Positions 49,655 to 60,282 of a stretch of 64,000 nt of DNA are shown piece by piece (positions within the stretch are counted from its first letter, which is position 1; each line of letters begins with the position of its first letter). A program made the translations under genes and the position numbers. The stretch is from Takakia lepidozioides. Lineage: Eukaryota > Plantae > Bryophyta. The notes beneath the pieces were generated by a model. It ran no database searches and was not told where the DNA came from. It saw only the letters and a program-made list of their open reading frames with translations. The stretch is taken from contig CM060733.1 in the NCBI GenBank assembly GCA_030704615.1, positions 36,394,001-36,458,000 of the forward strand. Reading direction: 5' to 3'.

Positions 49655-52406
49655 GTTACACAACTACATCGCTGTCCAAACCACACCACACATATATGCA
49701 CAATAAAGTAGTCTGCCACAATCGCCCCCCTAGCTGGTGGATAGGTCCCTTTACCTCCAGATAGCTACAAGATGTAATAGCCACAGCCGTACTAAGTCCT
49801 CTATCACTGTCCCTATTGTACTCAAACTCTATAGACCAAGGGGCCGGGTACAAGAGTAGCCCCATCGTTAGTCGCCGTCTTGCAATCTGTGAACTTGAGC
49901 CAGGATCTCGTGTGTTCAAGGTCTCCTAGTAGCTGGGCCTTGCGTTTCTTGTTAGCCTTCCATGGTTGTATCCACTCCCACTATCCAATGCAATGTGGAC
50001 ATAACCAATCCCCATGTGGAACCATCTCAAGAGGTGGAGTCAAGCATCCCATATGCCAACCTCTAGAGCATCGATCGCACACCAACATGGTGGCTGCCCC
50101 TTTAGCAGACCCACACAACATGCACCTCAAACCTGCAGATACCACTGCCAGGTTTGGGTCAATCCTGCCATCGACATTCAGAAGGTGACATGGCGCACAA
50201 TTACGCACATGGTCCTTTCAAGTTATGCCATCCCGACCCTCCAAGACCAAGACGCCTGAGGGCAAGACCTCTCGAACCCTCAAAATAACACGTCTTGCAG
50301 TCACATCCAGGGTCGTAGGAGCAGTCTGCTGCAGATAGACATAGTCACCAGGGTTGAATCTCCAAACCCCAGGACGATAGCCCCCACCACGTATGGTAGC
50401 ATACCTCAACGTATCACGGTGTTGTGCAATGGCAAGGTTCTCGAAAGCCATGGGCATGACTCTCTTGAACAACTCTGCACGCTGCTCACATGCACGTGCC
50501 CACACGTCCGGATCGTCAAGGTTAAGAACTGTAGCAGCTTCTCTACGAATGGATGTAGGCAAATCCGGCTCTCGGCCAAAGAGAAGAAAGTATGGTGAGA
50601 AGGAGGCAAGTGATGCTTGCTTGCTAAACCTGTAGCCCATGGCTAACCAGGGTAACTGAAGGTCCCAATCTCCTAGGTGTCCCTTCTGCAAGCCATACTT
50701 GCGCAAACCCCTCTTTACTATCTGAACAACTCTCTCTGCCAAGCCATCGGCCTCAGGATGATCCCGAGAAGTGGTGCGGTGGTCTATCAAGGCCTTGTCA
50801 CACAAAGCCTGAAACTCCCCCAAGAACTCTCTCCCTTGGTCCGTGAGTACCTCAGCTGGAGCACCGAATCGGCTAAGCACACAATCCAGGAATGCATACG
50901 CAGCTCCCTCACTAGCCTTATCAGGCAATGGAACCAATTCAATCCACTTGGAGAAGTGCTCCACCATCACCAACACGTACTTGTTGTGGCAAATGGTCAG
51001 TGGCAACGGCCCTGCGAAGTCAAGACTCCACCTGTAGCCCAATCCCATGATCGGAAGAGGGTGCAATTGTGGAGTAGGGGCGTTGAATGAAGCACGCACC
51101 CTGTCACACACCATGCACCTAGCCACAAATTGTTGCACCTCTGTGTGCATACCACACCACCAATACTGCCCCTGCAGTAGACTATGAGTGCGTCGCACCC
51201 CAAAATGCCCCAACTCCTCATGGGCATGCCGCACTAACCGTGGCCGCTGTGTTGGGTGAGGCACAATCCTCACTCGACCATCCTCCCACACTCGGAGCAG
51301 GTGTGTCCCCTCCCACCTGAACCTCTTGGCTCGTTGTAGGATCTGATCCCTCTCCTTGGCAGTCACAGTGGCTGCCGTGTCTCCAGTGCGGAGGTAGTCC
51401 AACACAACTGAATCCTCATGTATATCTTTGGCGCCACCTTGCTCATTGCTGGCCTCAGGGTCCTCAGACACTTGATCCACAATCATCCCAGTTGCAGGTC
51501 CAACCTGGCCTTCCGCTGCCAAGATATACAGAAATGCAGATGCATGCCATCCGGGCACCATCTCCTCATCCGTCTCACCATGCCACCGAGCTCCAGTGTC
51601 ATCCTATTGGCTCGTGCATGGATCGCGACTCAACCCATCTGCATTGCGATTGACCAAACCCGGTCGATGCACCACCTGAAAGTCATACTCTTGAAGGATG
51701 AGTGCCCACCATGCAAGCTTCCCCGTAAGCTTGTCTGACTCCATCAACCACTTGAGTGGTTGGTGATCCGTGACAAGGGTGAAGAGATTGCCGTATAGAT
51801 AGCACCTAAAGTGTGCCACGGCCCACACTGCAGCTAAGCATTCTCCCTCATATGAGCTATACTTAGACTCTGCAGCATTGTTCGAGCGGCTAGCATAAGC
51901 CACTACGAACTCTCTCCCCTCATCATCCACCTGTGTGAGCACCGCTCCAAGTCCCAGCATGCTCCAATCTGTATGCAGCTGAAAAGGACGCCCCCTGATA
52001 GGTCGTCTCAAGATGGGCGCCGAGGTCAACCTCACCTTGAGCTCTTGAAAAGCTTGTTCTTGCTCATCTTCCCACTGCCACTCCTGGTCCACCTTGGTCA
52101 GCTTGGTTAGAGCCTTTGCAATGGCACTAAATCCCTTAACAAACCGTCTGTAATAGTTTGCTAACCCCATGAAAGCTCAAACTTGGCTCACATCCGTGGG
52201 GCGTGGAACCTGTGCAATGGACTCTACCTTAGTCTGCTGTACCCCCAATCCTCCAAGATATATTATGTGACCCAGATACTCAATCTGGTTGTGGAAAAAC
52301 TTGCACTTGCCCGGATGTAACTTCAATCCGCGCGTCCTCAAGCGCTCAAATACCCCCTGAAGGTGTCTCTCATGCTCCTCCACCGTAGCACTAAAGATGA
52401 TGATGT
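49655..52406 (-). mobile_element. Gypsy LTR retrotransposon 3' half with a PHD finger on integrase
   Basis: RT (DIIIFS..KCKF..YLGH), RNase H (LHTDWS, YEGECLA, TDHQPL), integrase (HEELGHFG..CMVC, LDFAGP, TDQGREF, AER), then a C4HC3 PHD. Putative short 3' LTR at 49655-49972. Confidence 0.88.
49981..52406 (-). pseudogene. pol RT-RH-INT-PHD in one frame with three nonsense codons
   Basis: ORFs 52177-52383, 51604-52170, 50218-51561 and 49981-50208 are all in the same frame. Confidence 0.9.
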
Positions 52407-52706
52407 TGTAGTGTGAAAAGAAGGGGCGTGAATCCCCTTCTGGTTAATCCTAAATCCGTGGTACTCCCCTCTATTCCTTCTTCCCCTTTCCAGCTGATTG
52501 TCCAGGCAAGGGAGAGGAGCGTTCTTTTCCTATCCAACCATCTTCACATGGTTATATGGGTTTTCCCTCAGTTACGTTCGTGATCAGAGTTCACGGAATC
52601 CTCATCCACGCCGCAGCGGAAGAGAAGACATGGATGGGGAGTCTTGAATTGTTCTTGCTCTCGGTTCTACTTCTATTCAACAGCCTGGCCCTATGATCAT
52701 GGTGCC
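52407..52706. other. Unassigned segment interrupting the PHD-Gypsy RT; possibly the start of another LTR (TGTAG...)
   Basis: RT homology stops at 52406 and the new sequence starts TG. It is itself interrupted by the copy C LTR. Confidence 0.35.
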
Positions 52707-53676
52707 TGTTAGAGGACTGTAGGGGACTTAGACACTTATACGGGATCTGTAGGGTACCCTTAATTTTGCACAGACTGAGACCAACAGGAGCCTTAGGGGT
52801 GACAGCAGCGCACTGTAGAGGGGGGTTACACAGTCGTCACAGCCGACACAGCCCGTCACAGTCGTCACAGCCCACACAGCCAACACAGTCCGTCACAGTC
52901 GTCACAGCCCACACAGCCAACACAGCCCCGACACAGTCGTCACAGCAGACACAGCCCACACAGCCCGTCACAGTCGTCAGCACCCGACACAGCCAAACAC
53001 AGCCAGTCACCGCTTGACACAGCTGTCACGATAATAGGGAACGAAGAGTAGGACAGGGAACGACTGTGGGGAACAACACCTGTGAAGGGAACATGTTAGT
53101 TCACAGACGACGGTTAGAGAGGGAAACGGTTAGAACCGCGGATAGGAGGATAAAGGGAGAAACGGGGAATGAAGGGGGATCATTATTCGGAAGAGGATCA
53201 TTATTCGGAGGGGGACTTCGGAGTCAGGCAGGAGCGGAGATCGGAGGCAAGAGATGGAGAGCATGATGAAGGAGAAAAGAGGATTAGTAGATGCTTGTTA
53301 TATGCAAAGCTGTAGTGATATTGGAGAGCAGATTAGAGACATAATGGCTTCGGCCTGATACCTGATAAATCATAATCTGATACTTATACGATACAATCAC
53401 ACTGTGTAGAGAGATCTGAGAGAAGCTGTGGATTGAATGGATGAGTGAAGGAAACCGATAGATTGATGAAGCAAACTGATACTTAATTATCAATGCCAAA
53501 GGTAGCTAAGATGAATGCGAAAAGGGAAACGCATAGGAAACACCCCCATGATACACTAGCTGTAGGTCATGACTGATTGTTCTGCGCGGGCTGAGTACTT
53601 AGAGATTTCCAACTCTTCTATCTTGGAAATTCCGCCTCGGATAGCGAAGGGATGGGTGAGTAAAAGCCGCGCGACA
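52707..53676 (+). repeat. 5' LTR of copy C (970 bp)
   Basis: TGTTAGAGG...GCGCGACA termini; CACAGC minisatellite ~52830-53030; left flank GTGCC. Confidence 0.92.
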
Positions 53677-54264
53677 TTTGGCGACCGTACTGGGAACCTG
53701 GGACATGAACAACCAGATGTGACAGGCATCTGGTGGGATCATGGTGGTTGGACCATTAAAGAATTTGAAGTGAATCAAATTCCCTGTGGAACGAAGGAAG
53801 AAAGATTGTCCAAACAATTCTTTCAAAGGTTCTTGGAATTGCCAGACGGATGTAAAGAAAATATTCTTAAATGAGTGCATGATGCTGATCCAGAATGGGG
53901 TCTGGAGAAAGGAGTGATAAAGATTTATCAGGTAGCCTGTAGAGGAAGAGCACGTTGGTTACCAACATTAGTTTATGTGATAGCGTTGCTATCCATTAAA
54001 CGAGTAGAGTTTGAAGGCTGGGAAGAAAGAAAGGTGAATGTTTATACTCATATGCATGAAGAGCTTGTACTGGTAAAGAATTGGATTCCAAAGGATATTT
54101 TGTGGATCAAACTCACACCAAGAACAGCTTTTCAGACTTGTTTGCCATATGGTTATATGGTAACGGAGACTTCAAGTATAGCCAAGGGTGCATTGAAGCT
54201 TGAAAGAAACCCAGGCATATACGAGAGATATTACAGAAGAGAGTTTTGGTTATTGCCACATTAA
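53569..54264 (+). pseudogene. ORF0 of copy C, single nonsense mutation
   Basis: Collinear with 17083-17778; CGA>TGA at 53872-53874. Confidence 0.6.
53679..53697 (+). promoter_or_regulatory. Primer binding site, tRNA-Arg-like
   Basis: TGGCGACCGTACTGGGAAC, 2 nt after the LTR. Confidence 0.75.
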
Positions 54265-54285
54265 AAGAAATGAAAGACATGGGAC

Positions 54286-57200
54286 ATGAGTGATGAAAGA
54301 GAAGCTAGACGACAGAGATATTCATCAAAAAGAGAAAGCTATCTGAAAGCTAATTATCCATATCTTTGGGAGAGAGGAATAGACATAGGGGAATCATCTG
54401 GACCTCTCACACCATCAAGATCAAAAAGTGCATCACCTATACCGGAAGAACTAGAGTTGGATGTCACTCCTTCTGTTTCTTTGCAAGAAAGATTAAGGGA
54501 ATTGGTACAGGAAGAAGATCAATCACGAGGTGAAAGATCTGAGGTACATCCTTGGATAAAAGACTTGACAGAAATCTTTGATAAGAGTTGGCATGGAACA
54601 CCAAAAGCAGGAACTCCAGTTTCTGAAGCTGAAGGTGAAGAAGGAGAAGAGGATGTGGCAGAGCCAACGGAGAGTTCAGACTCTCCAACACCATTACAGT
54701 TGAGTTACATGAGTGAAGAAGAAACCCAAGGGCAGAACTTGGAGGATGAAAACAGAGAGAAGAAATTAGAAGAGGAAGAATATGAAGAAGTAGACCCAAC
54801 AGTTGAGGTTGAGACTACAACCAGGACATCCCAACCCGTTGGACCTGGATCAAGTGGAGCACTTGGATCACAGGCCAACGAAGGTGTCGGCTCAGGGGGA
54901 TCAGGCGGGCTGCCTGGATCTGGCTCTGGGGGGACAGGGAGTGTGGGAAGTAGTGCAACTGAAGCTGGGAATACTGTGAATATCGTGGGACCAGAAGCAA
55001 GGAGTGCTCAAGGGCCACCACTTGGTGGAAGATCCACCACAAAAACAACAGGTCCAGAAGGACCAGCACCAGCAAGGGTGCCAGCACCTGTCAGTAGGCA
55101 GAAGGTAGGGCCACAGATGGCGTTACAACCAACACGGGCAAAACCACCCTTTCCAATATATTCAGGAAAAGGGGATCCCGATGTACACATTAGCCAATTT
55201 GAGCACATGTGTATAGTGAACAATGAGAATGGCGATGATGCCAAGATGAGACTGTTTCCTTGTTCACTTATCAAGAAAGCAAGTGAATGGTATGCAAGAT
55301 TCCCTGATAATCATTTCCTAACCTGGAATGGCTTGAATACAACATTTCGAAATAGGTTCAGGACAAGTAAAACTGAGGATGAAGTGTATGGAAGTTTACA
55401 ACAGCTGAAGCAGAAGAAGCTTGAAACTGTTGAAGAGTATATGGAGAAGATGGAATTAATGATGAAAAAGCTGGCTGCAGTACCAGCGCCCGGTTTACAG
55501 AAGACTTGGTTTGTGAGTGGATTAAGACCAGAGTTGCAAAAGAAAGTGGATATGTTACCCCATAATACAGTGGAGGAGGCATTTGAAACTGCGAACAGAA
55601 TTGAGCAATTGGGAATGCTCAGGAGAGAGAAAAAAGAAGATGAGGACTCTGAGGATGAGTCAGATGAAGAAGAAGAGCAAGAACTAAAAAGAAAGAGTAA
55701 GAGAAAGGAGAAGTTGAAGAGGGATAACTATGAAAAAAAATTGGAAGAAATCTTGAAGAAGTATGCCACAGAGGCTGCAACACATTGGAGGAAGGGTGTA
55801 TGGTGTGCAAAGTGCCAGAATGAAGGCCATACCACCACAGAATGCCACATGAAGGAGAAACACTGTACTATCTGTAAAATGGATAACCATTCTACTGAGA
55901 ATTGTTACTACAACAGAAGGACAGCTGCAAGAGAACCTAGGCAAGTAAGGGTGCATCAGGTGCAGCCCCAGCCAAGAAGAAATAATGATCAGGACCACTA
56001 TGGTAGGTCTGGTGGTTATAACAATGGCATGGAAGGGAGAGGTAATTCAAAAGGGAATTACCAAGGAAATTCCAGAGGCAACTATCAGGGTAATCCAAGG
56101 GGGAATTACCAGCCCGGGAATCAGGATTATAGAAATAATCCAAGAACAGACCAAGGGCGAGGACCCAATGGTGAAGAGCTATGTTACTATTGTAATCAGC
56201 CAGGACATTGCAAGGCAGCCTGTTCATTCTGGATAAGACACCAGAATGAGATGAGAGCTCCTGTGAATGAGGGCCCAGTGGTGGCAGCTCACATGGTTAG
56301 GCCATGTGTTGTACCAGAAGTAAGTACAATGATAGTAACAAGAAGTAAAGCCAAACTAATACCTCCAGTAGAAGAGGAAGAAGATGAGAATGGAAGTGGC
56401 AATGATATGCCTGAAGATGAAGAGACTTGGAAAGATGAGAAGGAACTGCACAAGGAAGTGGCAGATACTATAAGGGAAATGCAAAAGAGTACTGATATTC
56501 CTGTGGCAGATTCCTCTGATTCGGATGGAGAAAAAGAAGGGAGTGAGGAAGAAAGGAAAAAAGAAGATGCAGACATGCAAAGTAATGAAGAGACTTTGGC
56601 TGTAGTAATATGTCAGACCAAGCAGAAATTACCATTGGACAGCTATTAGCTGTGGCACCTTATTGTAGGCACAGGCTGTATCAGGCAATCAATCGAATTG
56701 CCCAAGAGACAGGAAACACAGACCTGAACAGCAAGGTGACCAGTTATAATGTGAAGCCGGAAGGGCGAGAACCAGTCATGGACTTTGATGATTCTATGCC
56801 AGTAATCCAATTGAGAATTGGAAGCACAAAACTAATTGATGTACTGATAGATGGTGGTTCTGGAGTAAATATCATGACAGACCAATTAAGGAAGAAGCTT
56901 GGTCTAAGTAACATGAAACCAGCCCCATTTACAGTAACAATGGCAGATCAAAGAAGTGTACAACCATTGGGATTAATAAGAGGAGTTAAGATACAGATAC
57001 AGAAAATGATCTTTATGATCACAGTAACTGTATTAAAAATGGATGAAGTCATGGAGGCTTACTCCTTATTATTGGGACGTCCGTGGCTGAAACAGGCCAG
57101 GGTATTCCATGACTGGAATTCTCAGTTACTAACTGTGCATAATGGGATGCACGAGATACAAATTACCACAAAGAAATCTAGTAGATTACCTGCTACAAGA

Positions 57201-57457
57201 AGACCTCGAGGAGTCAGAGAGTATGACTGGAGAGGAGGACTGGATGAGGAGCAGGAAGCTACCCTATTTGCTGCACACCCAGAATGGGAGCAGGTTGCGG
57301 AGATGCGGCTGGAAAGCCTAAGTTGTTTAAGAGGTATCTGCTGTGGTGTAGTGTCGGCAACACCAATTGAAGAGGAAACCAGCAGTTACCCACCACATTT
57401 CTATGAAGAAAAGGAGGGAGAGATAGAAATCCTAGAAGAACCAGCCACTGTGAGCTT
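54286..57457 (+). pseudogene. gag-protease of copy C (1-nt frameshift near 56620)
   Basis: 787-aa ORF with capsid domain and 3 CCHC knuckles, then ORF 56610-57512 with LIDGGSGVNIM. Confidence 0.92.
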
Positions 57458-57492
57458 TCATCACAGACTGGGGGGCTTATGCATACAAAGTC

Positions 57493-60282
57493 ATGCCCTT
57501 TGGACTTTGTAATGCACCAGCGACCTTTCAGAGAGTGATAAGTGAATCTTTTCATGAGTATCTGGATGATTTCATGCAGGTGTTTTTGGATGATTTCAGT
57601 GTGTACAGCTCTAAGAATGAGCACTTGCATAAATTGGAGTTATGCCTGGCCAGATGCAGGATGAGAGGTCTGGGCTTGAATCCAGAGAAGTGTACTTTCT
57701 GTGTGAACTCAGGGGTGCTTCTGGGACACATTGTGTGTAAGAAGGGACTTCTTGTGGATCCCAGGAAGACAGAGTCCATTAAAGTCTCTCCACCACCAGT
57801 GAATGTTAAGAGTTTAAGGAGATTCCTTGGGCAAACCAGTTATTACAGAAGATTTGTCAAAAGGTATGCACAAATAGCAGCACCATTGAGCAAGCTTCTG
57901 AAGAAAGATGCAGTGTTTGCCTGGACAGCTGAATGTCAACAGGCGTTTGAGGAACTTACACTGTCAGTAACAACTACACCTGTGCTGATTAACCCTCACT
58001 GGCATGTAGTATTTCATGTTCACTGCGATGCATCAGGAGAAGCGTTGGGTGCGGTGTTAGCCCAGAATGTTACAGGGAATATAGATTCACCTGTGTACTA
58101 TGCTAGCCGATTGATGAACAGTGCTGAGAGGAACTATAGTACAACGGAAAGAGAAGCATTGGCAATGATTTATGCAGTCAAGAAATTCAGGCATTACCTA
58201 TTGGGAAGAAAGTTTATGTTTTATGTGGATCACCAGGCTCTGATATATCTGGTGAACAAACCTTTGATAAGTGGAAGGATAGCGAGGTGGTTAATAATCT
58301 TGCATGAGTTTGAGTTCGAGGTTATTTACAAGCCTGGCCGTTTGCATCTTGTGGCAGATCATTTGTCACGACTAACAACAGGAGAGGCCGCCACAGGAGT
58401 GGACGATCAGTTACCTGATGCGAGTTTATTTGTAATGGAGGTGCAAGGAAGTACAGATGAATGGTTAGATTGGCAGTGGCCAATCAGATACTACCTTGCT
58501 CATGGTCAGTGCCCACCTAGTTATGGTAAGGAGCAGAGGAAGAGAATTGCTATCAGAGCTTTACCTTATACTATGGTAGGAAGCAGAATGTATAAGTTAG
58601 GACCTGATGGAGTACTAAAACGATGCTTGTACCACCATGAAGTAAATAAAGTCTTGGAGGAAGTTCATAAAGGAGTGGCTGGAGGTCATTTTGGAGAAGA
58701 GACTACCAGTAGAAAGATACTACTCGCAGGATACTGGTGGCCTACTTTGTTCAAAGATGTACATGAGTATTGTCAGAAGTGTGATGAATGTCAGAGGCTA
58801 GGACCTTTGCAGAGATCTGGAAGAATGGCCTTGCATCCTACAATGCCTACGGAACCATTTCAGAAATGGGGACTAGACTTTGTTGGACCAATTAATCCAC
58901 CATCCAAGAATACACGAAACAGGTACATAATTACAGCCACTGATTATACTACAAAGTGGGTGGAAGCTAAAGCTTTGAGGGACAACACAGCCAAGTCCAC
59001 AGCAAGGTTCCTGTACGAGAACATACTTACACGATTTGGATGTCCCTTAGAATTTATCAGTGATCAAGGAAGTCACTTCATGAATGAGACCATTGAGTTA
59101 TTGACTAAAGAGTTTATGATTGTGCATAGAAAGAGTACAACATATTACCCACAGGGTAATGGGCAGGCAGAGGCTACCAACAAAATACTATGTACTATCT
59201 TGGCTAAGATAGTCAATGCAAACAGAACGGATTGGGATACAAAGCTGCTGACAGCTTTGTGGTCATACAGGACTTCATATAAAGTCACCACTAAGTATAC
59301 ACCATTCCAATTAGTTTATGGTATGGAAGCCTTACTTCCAGTGGAATTCCTGTTACCTACCATGAGAACGGAGTGGGGAAAAAGAATGGAATTGCAAGAC
59401 TCCATCAAGGTCAGGAAACATGAATTATACCATGTGGAAGAAGTACGTGCTGATGCAGCTGATAATATGACCAGAATTCAGATGAAGCGAAAGGAACAGT
59501 TTGATGAAGGCAAGTTAAAGACTTTTAAGACGGGGGATTTGGTTCTATGGTTGCAGAAGAAAGGAAAGATTCAAGCTTCTAAGCTCAAATCACCGTGGAA
59601 AGGACCTTATGTCATACAAAAGATGTATGATAACAACACCGCCATGTTACAAACCATTAACAAAGAAATGCTGGGAAGAGTGAATGCAAATAAGTTGAAG
59701 GGGTACAGTGGTATCCATGACAAACCCCTGCAGCATGATTTGCATGTTGAACCGCAAGAGCAGTCACGGGCTGCACCAGTGTTACGAACGGAGTATGGAA
59801 CACTAGTTGCTAGGCCCAGCATATACGACCAGGGTGGGCAAAACAAACGTGACACAGCCTATCACAGCCCGCCAAGGCGCAACACAGCTTATCACAGCCC
59901 ATCACGACGTGACACAGCCAACCACAGCCCATCACGACGTGACACAGCCTATCACAGCCCATCACGACACAACACAGCCTATAACATACCACAGCGTGTC
60001 ACAGCCTATCACAGCTTACCACAGTGCATCATAGCCTATCACAGGGTAACACAGTATGACACAGCCTGTCACAGCTCAACACAGCCTACTAAAGTTACAC
60101 GATCCATAGAATCAGTGACAAGTGGACACATAAAAACTTCAGGAAAATGGATGACGGAAGAGGAAACGGAAATTACTTTAAAAATAGACACGTGGAGGTC
60201 AGGGTGCGACACACAGCAGAGAATGAAGTGCAAGGACAGGTGTCAAAAAGAAAGAGGAAAGAACGGCCGTCAAATGGGATGA
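57493..60282 (+). CDS. pol remainder: RT C-terminal half, RNase H, integrase with GPY motif, repeat-encoded tail
   Basis: [70 protein letters not shown]-terminal part deleted. Confidence 0.92.
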   Translation: MPFGLCNAPATFQRVISESFHEYLDDFMQVFLDDFSVYSSKNEHLHKLELCLARCRMRGLGLNPEKCTFCVNSGVLLGHIVCKKGLLVDPRKTESIKVSPPPVNVKSLRRFLGQTSYYRRFVKRYAQIAAPLSKLLKKDAVFAWTAECQQAFEELTLSVTTTPVLINPHWHVVFHVHCDASGEALGAVLAQNVTGNIDSPVYYASRLMNSAERNYSTTEREALAMIYAVKKFRHYLLGRKFMFYVDHQALIYLVNKPLISGRIARWLIILHEFEFEVIYKPGRLHLVADHLSRLTTGEAATGVDDQLPDASLFVMEVQGSTDEWLDWQWPIRYYLAHGQCPPSYGKEQRKRIAIRALPYTMVGSRMYKLGPDGVLKRCLYHHEVNKVLEEVHKGVAGGHFGEETTSRKILLAGYWWPTLFKDVHEYCQKCDECQRLGPLQRSGRMALHPTMPTEPFQKWGLDFVGPINPPSKNTRNRYIITATDYTTKWVEAKALRDNTAKSTARFLYENILTRFGCPLEFISDQGSHFMNETIELLTKEFMIVHRKSTTYYPQGNGQAEATNKILCTILAKIVNANRTDWDTKLLTALWSYRTSYKVTTKYTPFQLVYGMEALLPVEFLLPTMRTEWGKRMELQDSIKVRKHELYHVEEVRADAADNMTRIQMKRKEQFDEGKLKTFKTGDLVLWLQKKGKIQASKLKSPWKGPYVIQKMYDNNTAMLQTINKEMLGRVNANKLKGYSGIHDKPLQHDLHVEPQEQSRAAPVLRTEYGTLVARPSIYDQGGQNKRDTAYHSPPRRNTAYHSPSRRDTANHSPSRRDTAYHSPSRHNTAYNIPQRVTAYHSLPQCIIAYHRVTQYDTACHSSTQPTKVTRSIESVTSGHIKTSGKWMTEEETEITLKIDTWRSGCDTQQRMKCKDRCQKERGKNGRQMG
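59849..60090 (+). repeat. 30-bp tandem repeat GACACAGCCTATCACAGCCCATCACGACGT
   Basis: About 4 clear and several degenerate units, read as DTAYHSPSRR in pol. Confidence 0.9.
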
